A stretch of DNA of 64,000 nt, taken from positions 7,775 through 71,774 of the forward strand of contig DATIGS010000250.1 in the NCBI GenBank assembly GCA_035481425.1. The letters run 5' to 3'. Position numbers and translations under genes: made by a program. The notes under the pieces were generated by a model that worked only from the letters and a program-made list of their open reading frames with translations, did no database searches and was not told the origin of the DNA. Positions within the stretch are counted from its first letter, which is position 1; every line of letters starts with the position of its first letter. The DNA is from Cellvibrio sp. (GTDB lineage: Bacteria; Pseudomonadota; Gammaproteobacteria; Pseudomonadales; Cellvibrionaceae). Of the stretch, positions 26,771-36,231 are shown in pieces.

Positions 26771-27925
26771 ATGCAAGCTCAGAAAACTGCCTCATCTCCT
26801 GCTGCGGTTGCAGAACTGCCCGTTGAATTCGATCTGAATTTAACGCGCGTACTCGTACCTTTAAAAGACATGAGTGAAAGCCATTTGCTGGCATTATTAG
26901 ATGATGCCGTGGCGGAAGTAGTCTGTGCTGGACAAACATTATTTGCGGCAGGCAGCTACGATGCTCAGCATGTGTATTTACTGCATGGCGACGTTGCGTT
27001 GGTTGTCGAAGATGGCAGTCGTACCCTCATTAAGGGGCGTTCAACCTTATTGCCAATTGCGCATCAACAGCCACGCCAATACACCGCTATTGCAGAGACA
27101 GATTGCAGTGTGTTGCGCATCGATAGTGAACGGCTCGATAAAATGCTGACCTGGAGTCAGGTCGCAGATTATTTACAGCTGATTATTTCGCGAGAGCGCG
27201 ATCTTGATGAAGATGTTGATTGGATGATGGTCGTTTTAAAATCCAATTTGTTTTTCAAGGTCCCGCCATTAAATGTAGAGCAGATTTTTTCGCGCCTGAC
27301 TCCGCAGGTGGTGTACGCCGGTGATGTCATTATTCGCCAAGGTGAAATGGGCGATCAGTGCTATTTCATCAAAGAAGGCGAGGCTGATGTAACCCGCCAC
27401 AGCGAGAATAAACGTCAGCATCTCGCGACTATCGGTGTGGGCCGCTGTTTCGGTGAGGATGCGTTGGTCAACGAAACTGTGCGCAATGCAACGGTGATGA
27501 TGCGTACCGATGGTGTGTTGATGCGTTTGGAAAAGCAGGATTTTTATCGGCTATTGAAAGAACCCTCTGTGGCGGCGCTTGCACTGGGTGAGCTGGAACA
27601 GCATGTTGCTAAAGGGGCTGTCGCTGTAGATGTGCGCAGTGACGAAGAATACAGTGAAGCGCATTTGCTACAGGCCGTTAATATTCCTCTGAATATTCTT
27701 GCCATCAAATCGCGATTGCTTGCAAAAGATAAGCTTTATATTTTTTATTGTGACACCGGCAGGCGTAGTCGGGCTGCTGCACATTTGTTGGCACAGCATG
27801 GATATAAAACGCTGGCCTTGGAAAATTGCCCGCAGTTATTTACTCAAGCGGGTTCGCAGCAGTTTCTGAACGATACCAATAATTATGTTCTGCGCGATGG
27901 TATTGCTGTGCTTGGACAAGATTGA
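26771..27925 (+). CDS. Tandem cyclic-nucleotide-binding domains fused to a rhodanese domain
   Basis: IIRQGEMGD...FGEDAL...RNATV cNMP domain; DVRSDEEY...YCDTGRRS rhodanese. Confidence 0.85.
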   Translation: MQAQKTASSPAAVAELPVEFDLNLTRVLVPLKDMSESHLLALLDDAVAEVVCAGQTLFAAGSYDAQHVYLLHGDVALVVEDGSRTLIKGRSTLLPIAHQQPRQYTAIAETDCSVLRIDSERLDKMLTWSQVADYLQLIISRERDLDEDVDWMMVVLKSNLFFKVPPLNVEQIFSRLTPQVVYAGDVIIRQGEMGDQCYFIKEGEADVTRHSENKRQHLATIGVGRCFGEDALVNETVRNATVMMRTDGVLMRLEKQDFYRLLKEPSVAALALGELEQHVAKGAVAVDVRSDEEYSEAHLLQAVNIPLNILAIKSRLLAKDKLYIFYCDTGRRSRAAAHLLAQHGYKTLALENCPQLFTQAGSQQFLNDTNNYVLRDGIAVLGQD

Positions 27926-27958
27926 TTTCAATCCGTTAAGTTGATTTCAATCCGTTAA
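27922..27958. repeat. 18-bp direct repeat at the junction of two convergent genes
   Basis: TTGATTTCAATCCGTTAA at 27922-27939 and 27941-27958. Confidence 0.9.
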
Positions 27959-28905
27959 TAAGTGGGCCAGTCATCAGGTACGACGAACACGCGCCAATCT
28001 TCTTGCCAGTATTTATTTGTAGGATCCGCTTTTTTTAAGGTCGCTATTAATAGCGGCCTTTTCATTTCGCCGACTTGCCTTTCTAAGCTCGCTGTCAAAG
28101 TTGCAGTTTGCGCTAATGCAACATCATCATCGATGTGCGCGGGCGAAAGCCATTGCTGGCGCTCCAGAATAATCCATTGGGTATCGGTGTACTCTCGCTG
28201 CAATTGCAAAAACTTTCTCAAATAACACCAATGCCCTTTACCGTGGGCCTCATGGCTGAACGCGGGATTTAAATCGCTTGAGGTGGGCGAGAACAAATAA
28301 CCTTGCAGGCATAAGCCGGTTTTCCATGTTTGTGCATCTGGATATAGCAGTTGCAGTTGTGCTTTGGCCTCTGGTGTTTTATGTAACGGTAATTGATGTT
28401 GCTGCAAACGTGCGAGCTTTAAATCCAAACGATCCTGACTGCTCGGTCCAATCCAATGGTTCCAATCCTGTGCGTCATCCGCTGCGGCGGTGTTGCATAA
28501 ATAAAATTTTACTGCAGTTTCTATATGCCAATATTCGCTGCCGCGTCGACATAAAAAATCAAATGCACCGAGCGTGGCGCCTCGGCGTTCAATTTGTAAA
28601 TTATGGTGTAGCAAATCCCATTCAGGATGTTGTGAGAAGTAAAAGCGCCAGAGGGTTTCGTAATAAATCCCCAGGCGAGTGCTTTTTGCCTTTGTAATCT
28701 CGTTGATCAATGCATCCGGATGTTGATCCACCGAAATTAACCAGGGCCAGAGTTGATCATTATTAAACGGCAAGATGGTGGCGTCTGAATTCGGTAGTTC
28801 CCGCATCATAGGGGAGCTAAAGCAGCACCATGCCAAATCGCGTACTACTTGGTGTTGTAGTTCATGCACACGCCGGTTGAATATTGGGATGGTTGTTTTT
28901 GGCAT
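27955..28905 (-). CDS. DUF1853 family protein
   Basis: VRDLAW, RLGIYYE, TLGAFDFL, HIETAVKFY, WIGPSSQDRLDLK. Confidence 0.85.
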   Translation of the reverse strand: MPKTTIPIFNRRVHELQHQVVRDLAWCCFSSPMMRELPNSDATILPFNNDQLWPWLISVDQHPDALINEITKAKSTRLGIYYETLWRFYFSQHPEWDLLHHNLQIERRGATLGAFDFLCRRGSEYWHIETAVKFYLCNTAAADDAQDWNHWIGPSSQDRLDLKLARLQQHQLPLHKTPEAKAQLQLLYPDAQTWKTGLCLQGYLFSPTSSDLNPAFSHEAHGKGHWCYLRKFLQLQREYTDTQWIILERQQWLSPAHIDDDVALAQTATLTASLERQVGEMKRPLLIATLKKADPTNKYWQEDWRVFVVPDDWPTY

Positions 28906-29014
28906 AAAGGTAAGCCTTGGCTGATCTGCAGGCTATAATAGCTTACAAATGTGGTTGCTATTTGTTCGTTCCATAATCTGTTCGTCTCCATAACCGCTCA
29001 CTCAGTGAAATTAT

Positions 29015-29914
29015 ATGACTCATTTTTCAACCATCGGCCTGATTGGTCATCTCAATAACGAGCGCGCGGTTTACTCGATCAAGTTATTAATTCGTTTTTT
29101 GCAGCAGCGCAACAAGGCATTTGTACTCGAAGCTGAAACAGCAGCATTAATTACAGATACCAGTTTGGTTGCCGCTGCACAGCAAATCATGGATATGGAA
29201 ACCCTCGGGCAAGTCTGCGATTTGGTAATCGTGGTCGGTGGCGATGGTAGTTTGCTGAGGGGCGCCCGGGCGCTTGCGCAATACGGTATCCCACTACTAG
29301 GCGTGAACCGCGGACGCTTGGGCTTTTTGACTGATATCACCCCGGAGGATATCGAAGATAAAGTCGATGAGGTCTTATCCGGTGATTTCAAATCCGAAAA
29401 GCGCTTCCTGCTGGATATGGAGGTAAGGCGCCAGGGGCAGGTGATTGCGACCGCCGATGCCCTGAACGATGTTGTGCTGCATCCGGGTCAATTCATCCAT
29501 ATGTTGCAGTTCGAAATCTCTGTTGACGGTGTTTTTGTTACCAGCCAGCGCTCTGACGGTGTGATTGTTTCGACACCGACGGGTTCAACGGCGTATTCAT
29601 TGAGTGGCGGCGGGCCGATTTTGCACCCAACGCTCGATGCCATAGTTGTGGTACCCATGAATCCACACACCCTTAGCAGCCGTCCCATAGTGGTTTCGGG
29701 CGATAGTGCCATCAGCATCATGGTGGGCGAGCATAACCGCGCTGAACCTATGGTCACCTGTGATGGTCATTCCCATGTGGATGTACAAACCGGTGACGAA
29801 ATCTGCATTCGCAAAAAGCCACACCTGCTCGAATTGTTGCATCCACTGGACTACAACTTTTATGAACGCTGTCGCTCCAAGTTAGGTTGGGGTGGTCACT
29901 TATTGAAGGAATAG
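29015..29914 (+). CDS. nadK: NAD kinase
   Basis: GGDGS, GRLGFL, ALNDVV, TPTGSTAYSLSGGG. Confidence 0.96.
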   Translation: MTHFSTIGLIGHLNNERAVYSIKLLIRFLQQRNKAFVLEAETAALITDTSLVAAAQQIMDMETLGQVCDLVIVVGGDGSLLRGARALAQYGIPLLGVNRGRLGFLTDITPEDIEDKVDEVLSGDFKSEKRFLLDMEVRRQGQVIATADALNDVVLHPGQFIHMLQFEISVDGVFVTSQRSDGVIVSTPTGSTAYSLSGGGPILHPTLDAIVVVPMNPHTLSSRPIVVSGDSAISIMVGEHNRAEPMVTCDGHSHVDVQTGDEICIRKKPHLLELLHPLDYNFYERCRSKLGWGGHLLKE

Positions 29915-29915
29915 C

Positions 29916-30935
29916 ATGATTACAACCGCGTCTACCCGGTCTGGTTATTCGCCTCAACTAGGTGAGGCGAGTGGTTATGATCTGATCGGCGATGTTCATG
30001 GATGCGGTCAAACCTTGGAGCGGCTGCTTCAGCTATTGGGTTATCAAAAAATTTCAGGGGTTTATCGCCACCGCGAACGTCAGGCGATTTTCCTGGGTGA
30101 TGTGATCGATCGCGGACCCCGCATTCGTGAAGCCCTGCATATAGTGCGCGATATGGTGGAGCAACGGAGCGCATTGATGGTGCTGGGTAACCATGAGTTC
30201 AATGCCATTACTTATTGCACGCCTTCGCCCTGTACTGGGCCAAATACCGGCGAATATCTTCGTCCTCACACACCTGCCCATGCGCGGCAAATTAACGAAA
30301 CCCTTGTACAGTTCGCCCATCACGCTCAGGAGTGGCAGGAGTTTTTGCGATGGTTTGTTGAATTGCCACTGTTTTTGGAGATTCAACATCCGCGCACGCA
30401 ACAAATTTTCCGTGCGGTACATGCGTGCTGGGACCAGCAATTAATCGATCAGCACCGCGCAACCTACGGCGATGGGCACATCGATTGGCAATTTATTAAA
30501 GGATCCATCCAGAAGGGTAGCTTGGAGTCCAGAACCAAGCAGCGCCTTACTGGCGGTGTCGATTTGATCCTGCCTGAAGGGCAGACGATGGTGTCTTCCG
30601 ATGGTTATGTTCGCCGCGCGTTTCGCACCAAATTCTGGGGGCATAGTGCGCGCACTTATGGGCAGCTACTGTTCCAGCCCGATCCTATACCTGAGCACGT
30701 TGCCTTGGCGGAAATTTCTGCTGAAGATCGCGCGCAAATGGTTTATTACGACGAATTCCAGCCTCCGCTGTTCATTGGCCATTATTGGTTGAAAGGGCAC
30801 CCGCGCCCATTGGCCCCCAATCTCGCTTGCCTGGATTACAGCGCGGTTAAATACGGGCGTTTGGTGGCGTACCGCATGGATGGTGAGGCACAATTACAGC
30901 CCGACAAATTTGTGTGGGTCTATGTCGACCCCTGA
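29916..30935 (+). CDS. Calcineurin-like metallophosphoesterase (PrpE/ApaH-like)
   Basis: IGDVHG, LGDVIDRG, GNHE, VHA, GHYW, CLDYSA. Confidence 0.9.
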   Translation: MITTASTRSGYSPQLGEASGYDLIGDVHGCGQTLERLLQLLGYQKISGVYRHRERQAIFLGDVIDRGPRIREALHIVRDMVEQRSALMVLGNHEFNAITYCTPSPCTGPNTGEYLRPHTPAHARQINETLVQFAHHAQEWQEFLRWFVELPLFLEIQHPRTQQIFRAVHACWDQQLIDQHRATYGDGHIDWQFIKGSIQKGSLESRTKQRLTGGVDLILPEGQTMVSSDGYVRRAFRTKFWGHSARTYGQLLFQPDPIPEHVALAEISAEDRAQMVYYDEFQPPLFIGHYWLKGHPRPLAPNLACLDYSAVKYGRLVAYRMDGEAQLQPDKFVWVYVDP

Positions 30936-30974
30936 TAAATTGCCCTTACTTTTCTCACTAATGGATACTCATCA

Positions 30975-31838
30975 TTGAACTGGACTGCCGTACGATATTT
31001 TCCGCTTGACCAGAATTTAAGCGCACTCAGTGATTATTTACGCGAGCGCGGTTTGCAGCACCGGATTACGGAAGAAAACGGACAGCAATGTTTAGCCGTT
31101 GTAGACGAATCTGTGGTGCCGGCATTGCAAGAATTTCTGAATCAATATGTTGCAGGGCAAGTGAATTTGCCGCGTGGCGAAGCGGTTGTAGCACGTGACT
31201 ATCGCTTCTCCCAACCTGAGTCCAATTTGGTGGTGCAAGCGAAGCAGGCTCCGCTGGTGGTCGGATTAATTGCGCTGAGTTTTTTAGGCGCTCTGCTCGT
31301 TGAAACCCGCTTGGGGAATATCTGGCTACATTTTTTTACTTTTCAGGATTATGTCAATTCCCGCTTTGTGCCTTTAAGTGAATCACTAGCGCGCGGGGAA
31401 ATCTGGCGATTGCTCACCCCGGCATTTTTGCACTTTGGAATTTTTCACGTGCTGTTCAATAGTTTGTGGATGTGGGATTTAGGCCGCCGCCTGGAATTTT
31501 TTCTTGGTCGTTGGCATTTTTTGTTGTTTTTCATTATCACTGCGGTAGCGGCGAATATTGCCCAATACATCTGGAGTGGTAGCGCCAATTTCGGCGGCAT
31601 GTCCGGAGTTGTTTATGCCTTGGTGGGATTTATTGCTGTGCGCCAGCGCTTGGCCCCAGATCCCGCCGTGATGGTACCGCGCGCGCTCATTGGTTTTATG
31701 TTGTTCTGGTTGGTGTTATGCATGAGTGGTGTGGTGGATTATTTTATCGCCGGCTCAGTCGCTAATGCGGCACATCTGGGCGGCCTGATTGCAGGTGGCC
31801 TCTATGCGTTGGCAACCAGGCATTTATATTCGCGTTAA
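30975..31838 (+). CDS. glpG: Rhomboid intramembrane serine protease (GlpG-like)
   Basis: WRLLTPAFLH, HVLFN, GMSGVVY, AHLGG. Confidence 0.88.
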   Translation: MNWTAVRYFPLDQNLSALSDYLRERGLQHRITEENGQQCLAVVDESVVPALQEFLNQYVAGQVNLPRGEAVVARDYRFSQPESNLVVQAKQAPLVVGLIALSFLGALLVETRLGNIWLHFFTFQDYVNSRFVPLSESLARGEIWRLLTPAFLHFGIFHVLFNSLWMWDLGRRLEFFLGRWHFLLFFIITAVAANIAQYIWSGSANFGGMSGVVYALVGFIAVRQRLAPDPAVMVPRALIGFMLFWLVLCMSGVVDYFIAGSVANAAHLGGLIAGGLYALATRHLYSR

Positions 31839-31867
31839 TTGTTTGATCAGTATTTATCGAGAGCCTT

Positions 31868-32140
31868 ATGGAATTACAACAACTACTTTCCAGCCTTACG
31901 CCGGAAATTTATCAAAATTTAAAACGTGCGGTGGAGTTGGGTAAATGGCCCGATGGTAACCGCTTGTCAGTGGAGCAGCGCCAATTGTGCATGCAAGCGG
32001 TGATTGCTTATGAACACAAAAACTTGCCGCCAGATCAACATACCGGATACATCCCGCCAGAGCCGCATACCTATTGTGGCGATGATGATCATGAGCACGA
32101 TCATAAAGACACTGATAAACCGATTAAATGGGTTGAATAA
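31868..32140 (+). CDS. YeaC/DUF1315 family protein
   Basis: LTPEIYQNLKRAVELGKWPDG, CMQAVIAY. Confidence 0.88.
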   Translation: MELQQLLSSLTPEIYQNLKRAVELGKWPDGNRLSVEQRQLCMQAVIAYEHKNLPPDQHTGYIPPEPHTYCGDDDHEHDHKDTDKPIKWVE

Positions 32141-32157
32141 ATTTTAAGGATTGCACC

Positions 32158-34857
32158 ATGACTGCCGTTGAACAATCGCTTCCTGCAAAAGACCAGCAAC
32201 CGAAAACGATTTATTTAAAAGATTATCAAGTTCCCGGTTATCTCATCAAAACGACGGACTTGCGTTTCGAAATCTATGAAGGAGAAACCATTGTCAGTGC
32301 GATGCTGCATTTATATCGCAACCCGGCTGCGCCAGTTCCAGCTACACAATTGGTATTGCATGGTGCAGATTTGGAATTGATTTCCATGGCGCTGGATGGA
32401 AATACGCTCACCACCACCGATTACGAATTTGGTGAGGAAAATATCACCATCTTTAATACGCCCGAAGAATTCAAGCTCCTGACCATTACTAAAATTAAAC
32501 CAGAGGCAAATACCTCGCTGGAGGGTTTGTATCGTTCTCGCACTATGTATTGCACCCAGTGCGAAGCTGAAGGTTTCCGCAAGATTACCTATTATCTCGA
32601 TCGTCCTGATGTGATGAGCGAATTCACCACCACCGTAGTGGCGGATAAAAAATATCCGGTGCTATTGTCAAACGGCAATTTGATCGACCAGGGCGATGCA
32701 GAAAATAATCGCCACTATGCGACCTGGCATGATCCCTTTAAAAAGCCTGCGTATCTGTTTGCATTGGTTGCTGGCGATTTGGCACATATTGAAGACAGCT
32801 TTATCACCTGCTCAAACCGCGAGGTGACACTGAAAATATTTGTCGAGCCAAAAGACCTGGATAAATGCGACCACGCTATGACGTCGCTCAAGAATTCCAT
32901 GCGTTGGGATGAAGAAGTTTACGGCCGCGAATACGACCTCAATATTTTTATGATTGTGGCCGTTGATGATTTCAATATGGGCGCCATGGAAAATAAAGGG
33001 CTCAATATTTTTAACACCTCTTGTGTGCTGGCCAAACCTGAAACCACTACCGATGCCGGCTTCCAGCGTGTAGAGGGCGTAGTTGCCCACGAGTATTTTC
33101 ACAACTGGAGCGGTAACCGCGTTACCTGTCGCGATTGGTTTCAATTGAGTTTGAAAGAAGGATTTACCGTTTATCGCGATTCGGAATTTTCGGCAGACAT
33201 GGGGTCGCGGACCGTTAAACGTGTTGAAGATGTAACTCTGCTGCGCACTTTGCAATTTGCAGAGGATGCGGGCCCAATGGCGCATCCGATTCGCCCTGAA
33301 TCCTATATCGAAATTTCCAATTTCTACACCATGACGATTTATGAAAAAGGTGCAGAAATTATTCGCATGTTGGCGACCTTGCTCGGCAAAGAAAATTTCC
33401 GCAAAGGAACGGATTTGTATTTTGAGCGTCATGATGGCCAGGCGGTTACCACAGACGATTTTGTTGCAGCCCTGGCGGACGCATCGGGGCGCGATCTTAC
33501 CCAATTCAAACGCTGGTATTCGCAAGCGGGCACACCGCGTTTGCAGGTCACAGATCATTACGATGAGGATGCGCAAGAATATTCGTTAACCATCAAGCAA
33601 TCTTGTCCACCAACACCCGAGTGCCAGGACAAGCTCCCATTTCATATTCCGGTTGCAGTGGGCTTGCTAGGGAGTGCTGGGGATTTGCCGTTGTATTTGA
33701 AAGATGCAGAACCCGATTTTGAAACAGGCGATAACACGCATAAAGTGTTGGAATTAACCGCGACAGAGCAAACGTTTGTGTTTCAACGTGTACAGGAAAA
33801 ACCTGTGCCGAGTTTGCTACGCGGTTTTTCTGCGCCAGTGAAATTGCATTATGACTATAGTCGCGATGATCTGGTTGTGTTGATGAGTCGCGACAGCGAC
33901 GGCTTTAACCGCTGGGAGGCGAGCCAGCAATTGGGCTTGCAGGCGATTTACTTTGCGATGGATATTTATCAAAAGGGAGCTGATCTTTCCGCGTTGCAAT
34001 TGGACGCTGATTTAATTTCTGCTTATCGCAATATATTGCAAGATGATAGTCTCGATAAGGCGATGGTGGCTTATATGCTGAGCCTGCCATCGGAAGCCTA
34101 TTTGAGTGAACTGGCTGATTTGGTAGACGTAGAAGCAATTCATTACAGCCGTGTTGCCGTACGTAAAGTAATTGCGCGTGAGCTGCGCGATGATTTTGTC
34201 CGCATTTATAGCGCCTACAACCATCAGCAAGCTTACGCGGCGACCGCCGATGCGATTGCGGCGCGCAGTTTAAAAAATGTCGTGCTCGGATATTTGATGC
34301 TGTCAGGCGACGATGAACTGATTCGCGCATGTGAGCAGCAATATCGCACCGCTAATAATATGACTGATGCTATGGCTGCATTGACACAGTTGGTTAATGC
34401 AGAGGCTCCATTGGCGAAAACATTGGCTGAATCCGCGCTCGCTGATTTTTATCAGCGTTGGCAGCACGAGTCCCTGGTGGTTAATCAGTGGCTAAGTGTG
34501 CAGGCAAGTTGTGTTTTGCCGAACACGTTGGACAAGGTAAAGGCACTGCAAAACCATTCGGCATACGATGGAAAAAATCCGAATAAGATTCGCGCGTTGA
34601 TTGCCAGTTTTTGTAATGGTAATTCCATTAACTTTCACGCTAATGCCGGTGCGGGCTATCAATTTTTAGCTGATCAAATTATCCAGTTAAATACCCAAAA
34701 CCCTCAAATTGCTTCCCGGTTGTTAACTCCACTGACAAAATGGAAAAAATATAGCACTGAACGGCAACGCTTAATGAAATCGGAACTGGAACGGATTATG
34801 GCTGAACCTAATCTCTCCAAAGATGTATTCGAAGTGGTGAGTAAGAGTTTGGCATAG
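32158..34857 (+). CDS. pepN: Aminopeptidase N
   Basis: TQCEAEGFR, GAMEN, HEYFH...KEG zinc motif, NPNKIR. Confidence 0.97.
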   Translation: MTAVEQSLPAKDQQPKTIYLKDYQVPGYLIKTTDLRFEIYEGETIVSAMLHLYRNPAAPVPATQLVLHGADLELISMALDGNTLTTTDYEFGEENITIFNTPEEFKLLTITKIKPEANTSLEGLYRSRTMYCTQCEAEGFRKITYYLDRPDVMSEFTTTVVADKKYPVLLSNGNLIDQGDAENNRHYATWHDPFKKPAYLFALVAGDLAHIEDSFITCSNREVTLKIFVEPKDLDKCDHAMTSLKNSMRWDEEVYGREYDLNIFMIVAVDDFNMGAMENKGLNIFNTSCVLAKPETTTDAGFQRVEGVVAHEYFHNWSGNRVTCRDWFQLSLKEGFTVYRDSEFSADMGSRTVKRVEDVTLLRTLQFAEDAGPMAHPIRPESYIEISNFYTMTIYEKGAEIIRMLATLLGKENFRKGTDLYFERHDGQAVTTDDFVAALADASGRDLTQFKRWYSQAGTPRLQVTDHYDEDAQEYSLTIKQSCPPTPECQDKLPFHIPVAVGLLGSAGDLPLYLKDAEPDFETGDNTHKVLELTATEQTFVFQRVQEKPVPSLLRGFSAPVKLHYDYSRDDLVVLMSRDSDGFNRWEASQQLGLQAIYFAMDIYQKGADLSALQLDADLISAYRNILQDDSLDKAMVAYMLSLPSEAYLSELADLVDVEAIHYSRVAVRKVIARELRDDFVRIYSAYNHQQAYAATADAIAARSLKNVVLGYLMLSGDDELIRACEQQYRTANNMTDAMAALTQLVNAEAPLAKTLAESALADFYQRWQHESLVVNQWLSVQASCVLPNTLDKVKALQNHSAYDGKNPNKIRALIASFCNGNSINFHANAGAGYQFLADQIIQLNTQNPQIASRLLTPLTKWKKYSTERQRLMKSELERIMAEPNLSKDVFEVVSKSLA

Positions 34858-34883
34858 ATACATTCAATTTTTCGCTATCTACT

Positions 34884-34918
34884 AAAAACGGGCATCCATT
34901 GGGATGCCCGTTTTTTTT
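34884..34918 (+). terminator. Terminator after pepN
   Basis: AAAACGGGCATCC-attg-GGATGCCCGTTTTTTTT. Confidence 0.88.
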
Positions 34919-35093
34919 GCCAAGTGCTGGCATGAATGTTGATAGATATATCTTGGATATTGCCAGCAGTTAGAAAACCGCAATAGGTAATGCGTCTTTT
35001 TGTTGCGCGAATGGTGGCTAAAAAAAACTTTGCACTAATTGCGTGCTTGTTTTTTCGCTTACTGTTTTGCGCGGTGTAGGTGGGGGTTGTGTA

Positions 35094-36227
35094 ATGGTGC
35101 ATTTTTTGGGGCAAGCGGTTGCCTCGGTCAAGGCAAAGGTTTTGTTGTTTGTTATTTTTTGTAATTTGTTATTGGTTATAGGTGCTGTTTTTATTGGAAG
35201 TAGCGGTTTTTGGTTGTTGGTTCCCTTGTTTTTAGTGGCAGTGTTAATTCTCGGGATCATCGGCGGTGTGGCAAACGATATGGAAGGAATCAAACAGTAT
35301 TTAGCGGCTGTCAATAAGGACGAAGTGGCGGATTGGCATCGATTGGTGGCCGGCCCGCTTAACGGATTACACGATATCTTTATCGATGTATTCAAGTCAC
35401 GCCAGCGTCGCAATGCCGAGTATCAGGATGCGGTAAAAGAAATTGGGTATTCATCGTTTGAGTTGGCGAGCAATGCAAAAGATGTTTCAAAAAGTGCGGC
35501 ATATCAATCGAGTGCTACTGCATCGAGCGCCGCCGCCATTACCGAGATCAGTCACAGTATCGATGACATTAGCAGTCGCATTGTTGCTGCGCGGGATGCG
35601 GCCACCAAAGCCTGCGATTATAGTAAAACCGGCGGGGATTCTTTAGTCAGTGCAAGTTATGAAGTGAGCGCCGTGGCAAGCCTTGCGCGCGAGACGGAAA
35701 TGCGCGTCAGCCAGCTGGGAGTCTTGATGGGTAATGTCACAGCAATGTCGCAAACGATTAGTGATATCGCGGGGCAAACCAACTTGCTTGCACTGAATGC
35801 GGCAATTGAAGCCGCACGGGCTGGTGATTATGGCCGTGGATTTGCAGTGGTCGCGGATGAAGTGCGTGCGCTTGCAGTGCGTAGTCAAGGTTCTGCGAGT
35901 GAGATTGCAACAAATGTAGGACGCGTACAAGAGAGCATGCAACAAGTATTGGCGAGCATGAAAAATGTAGTAGAAAAAACTGATAAGTCATTGCAGGGGG
36001 TGTCCAGTGCAGACGAATCTCTTAAATCCATATTAACAACAACGAATGATGTTTTTGGATTGATTGATGAAATTGCGGTTGCTGCGGGGCAACAAAGTGT
36101 TGCAGCGCGTGAAATTTCGAGACACATAGAAACGGTGGCAGATCTCGCGAATCAAAATAGTTTTCGCGCTGGCCAAGCGGCCGAAATAGCTGACCATTTG
36201 CACAAATTGACTCGTCAAACGGAGTAG
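35094..36227 (+). CDS. Methyl-accepting chemotaxis protein with no periplasmic sensor domain
   Basis: QTNLLALNAAIEAARAGDYGRGFAVVADEVR hairpin; two adjacent TM helices at the N-terminus. Confidence 0.92.
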   Translation: MVHFLGQAVASVKAKVLLFVIFCNLLLVIGAVFIGSSGFWLLVPLFLVAVLILGIIGGVANDMEGIKQYLAAVNKDEVADWHRLVAGPLNGLHDIFIDVFKSRQRRNAEYQDAVKEIGYSSFELASNAKDVSKSAAYQSSATASSAAAITEISHSIDDISSRIVAARDAATKACDYSKTGGDSLVSASYEVSAVASLARETEMRVSQLGVLMGNVTAMSQTISDIAGQTNLLALNAAIEAARAGDYGRGFAVVADEVRALAVRSQGSASEIATNVGRVQESMQQVLASMKNVVEKTDKSLQGVSSADESLKSILTTTNDVFGLIDEIAVAAGQQSVAAREISRHIETVADLANQNSFRAGQAAEIADHLHKLTRQTE

Positions 36228-36231
36228 CACT

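Noticed and set aside
32812..33576. 254-aa antisense ORF inside pepN (and similar ones inside gdhB and rmuC)
   Set aside because: Typical stop-poor antisense frames of long genes, with no recognisable motifs.
34928..34943. sigma54 promoter for the MCP-NIT operon (TGGCATG-N4-TTGAT)
   Set aside because: The near-invariant -12 GC is GA; too weak to call.
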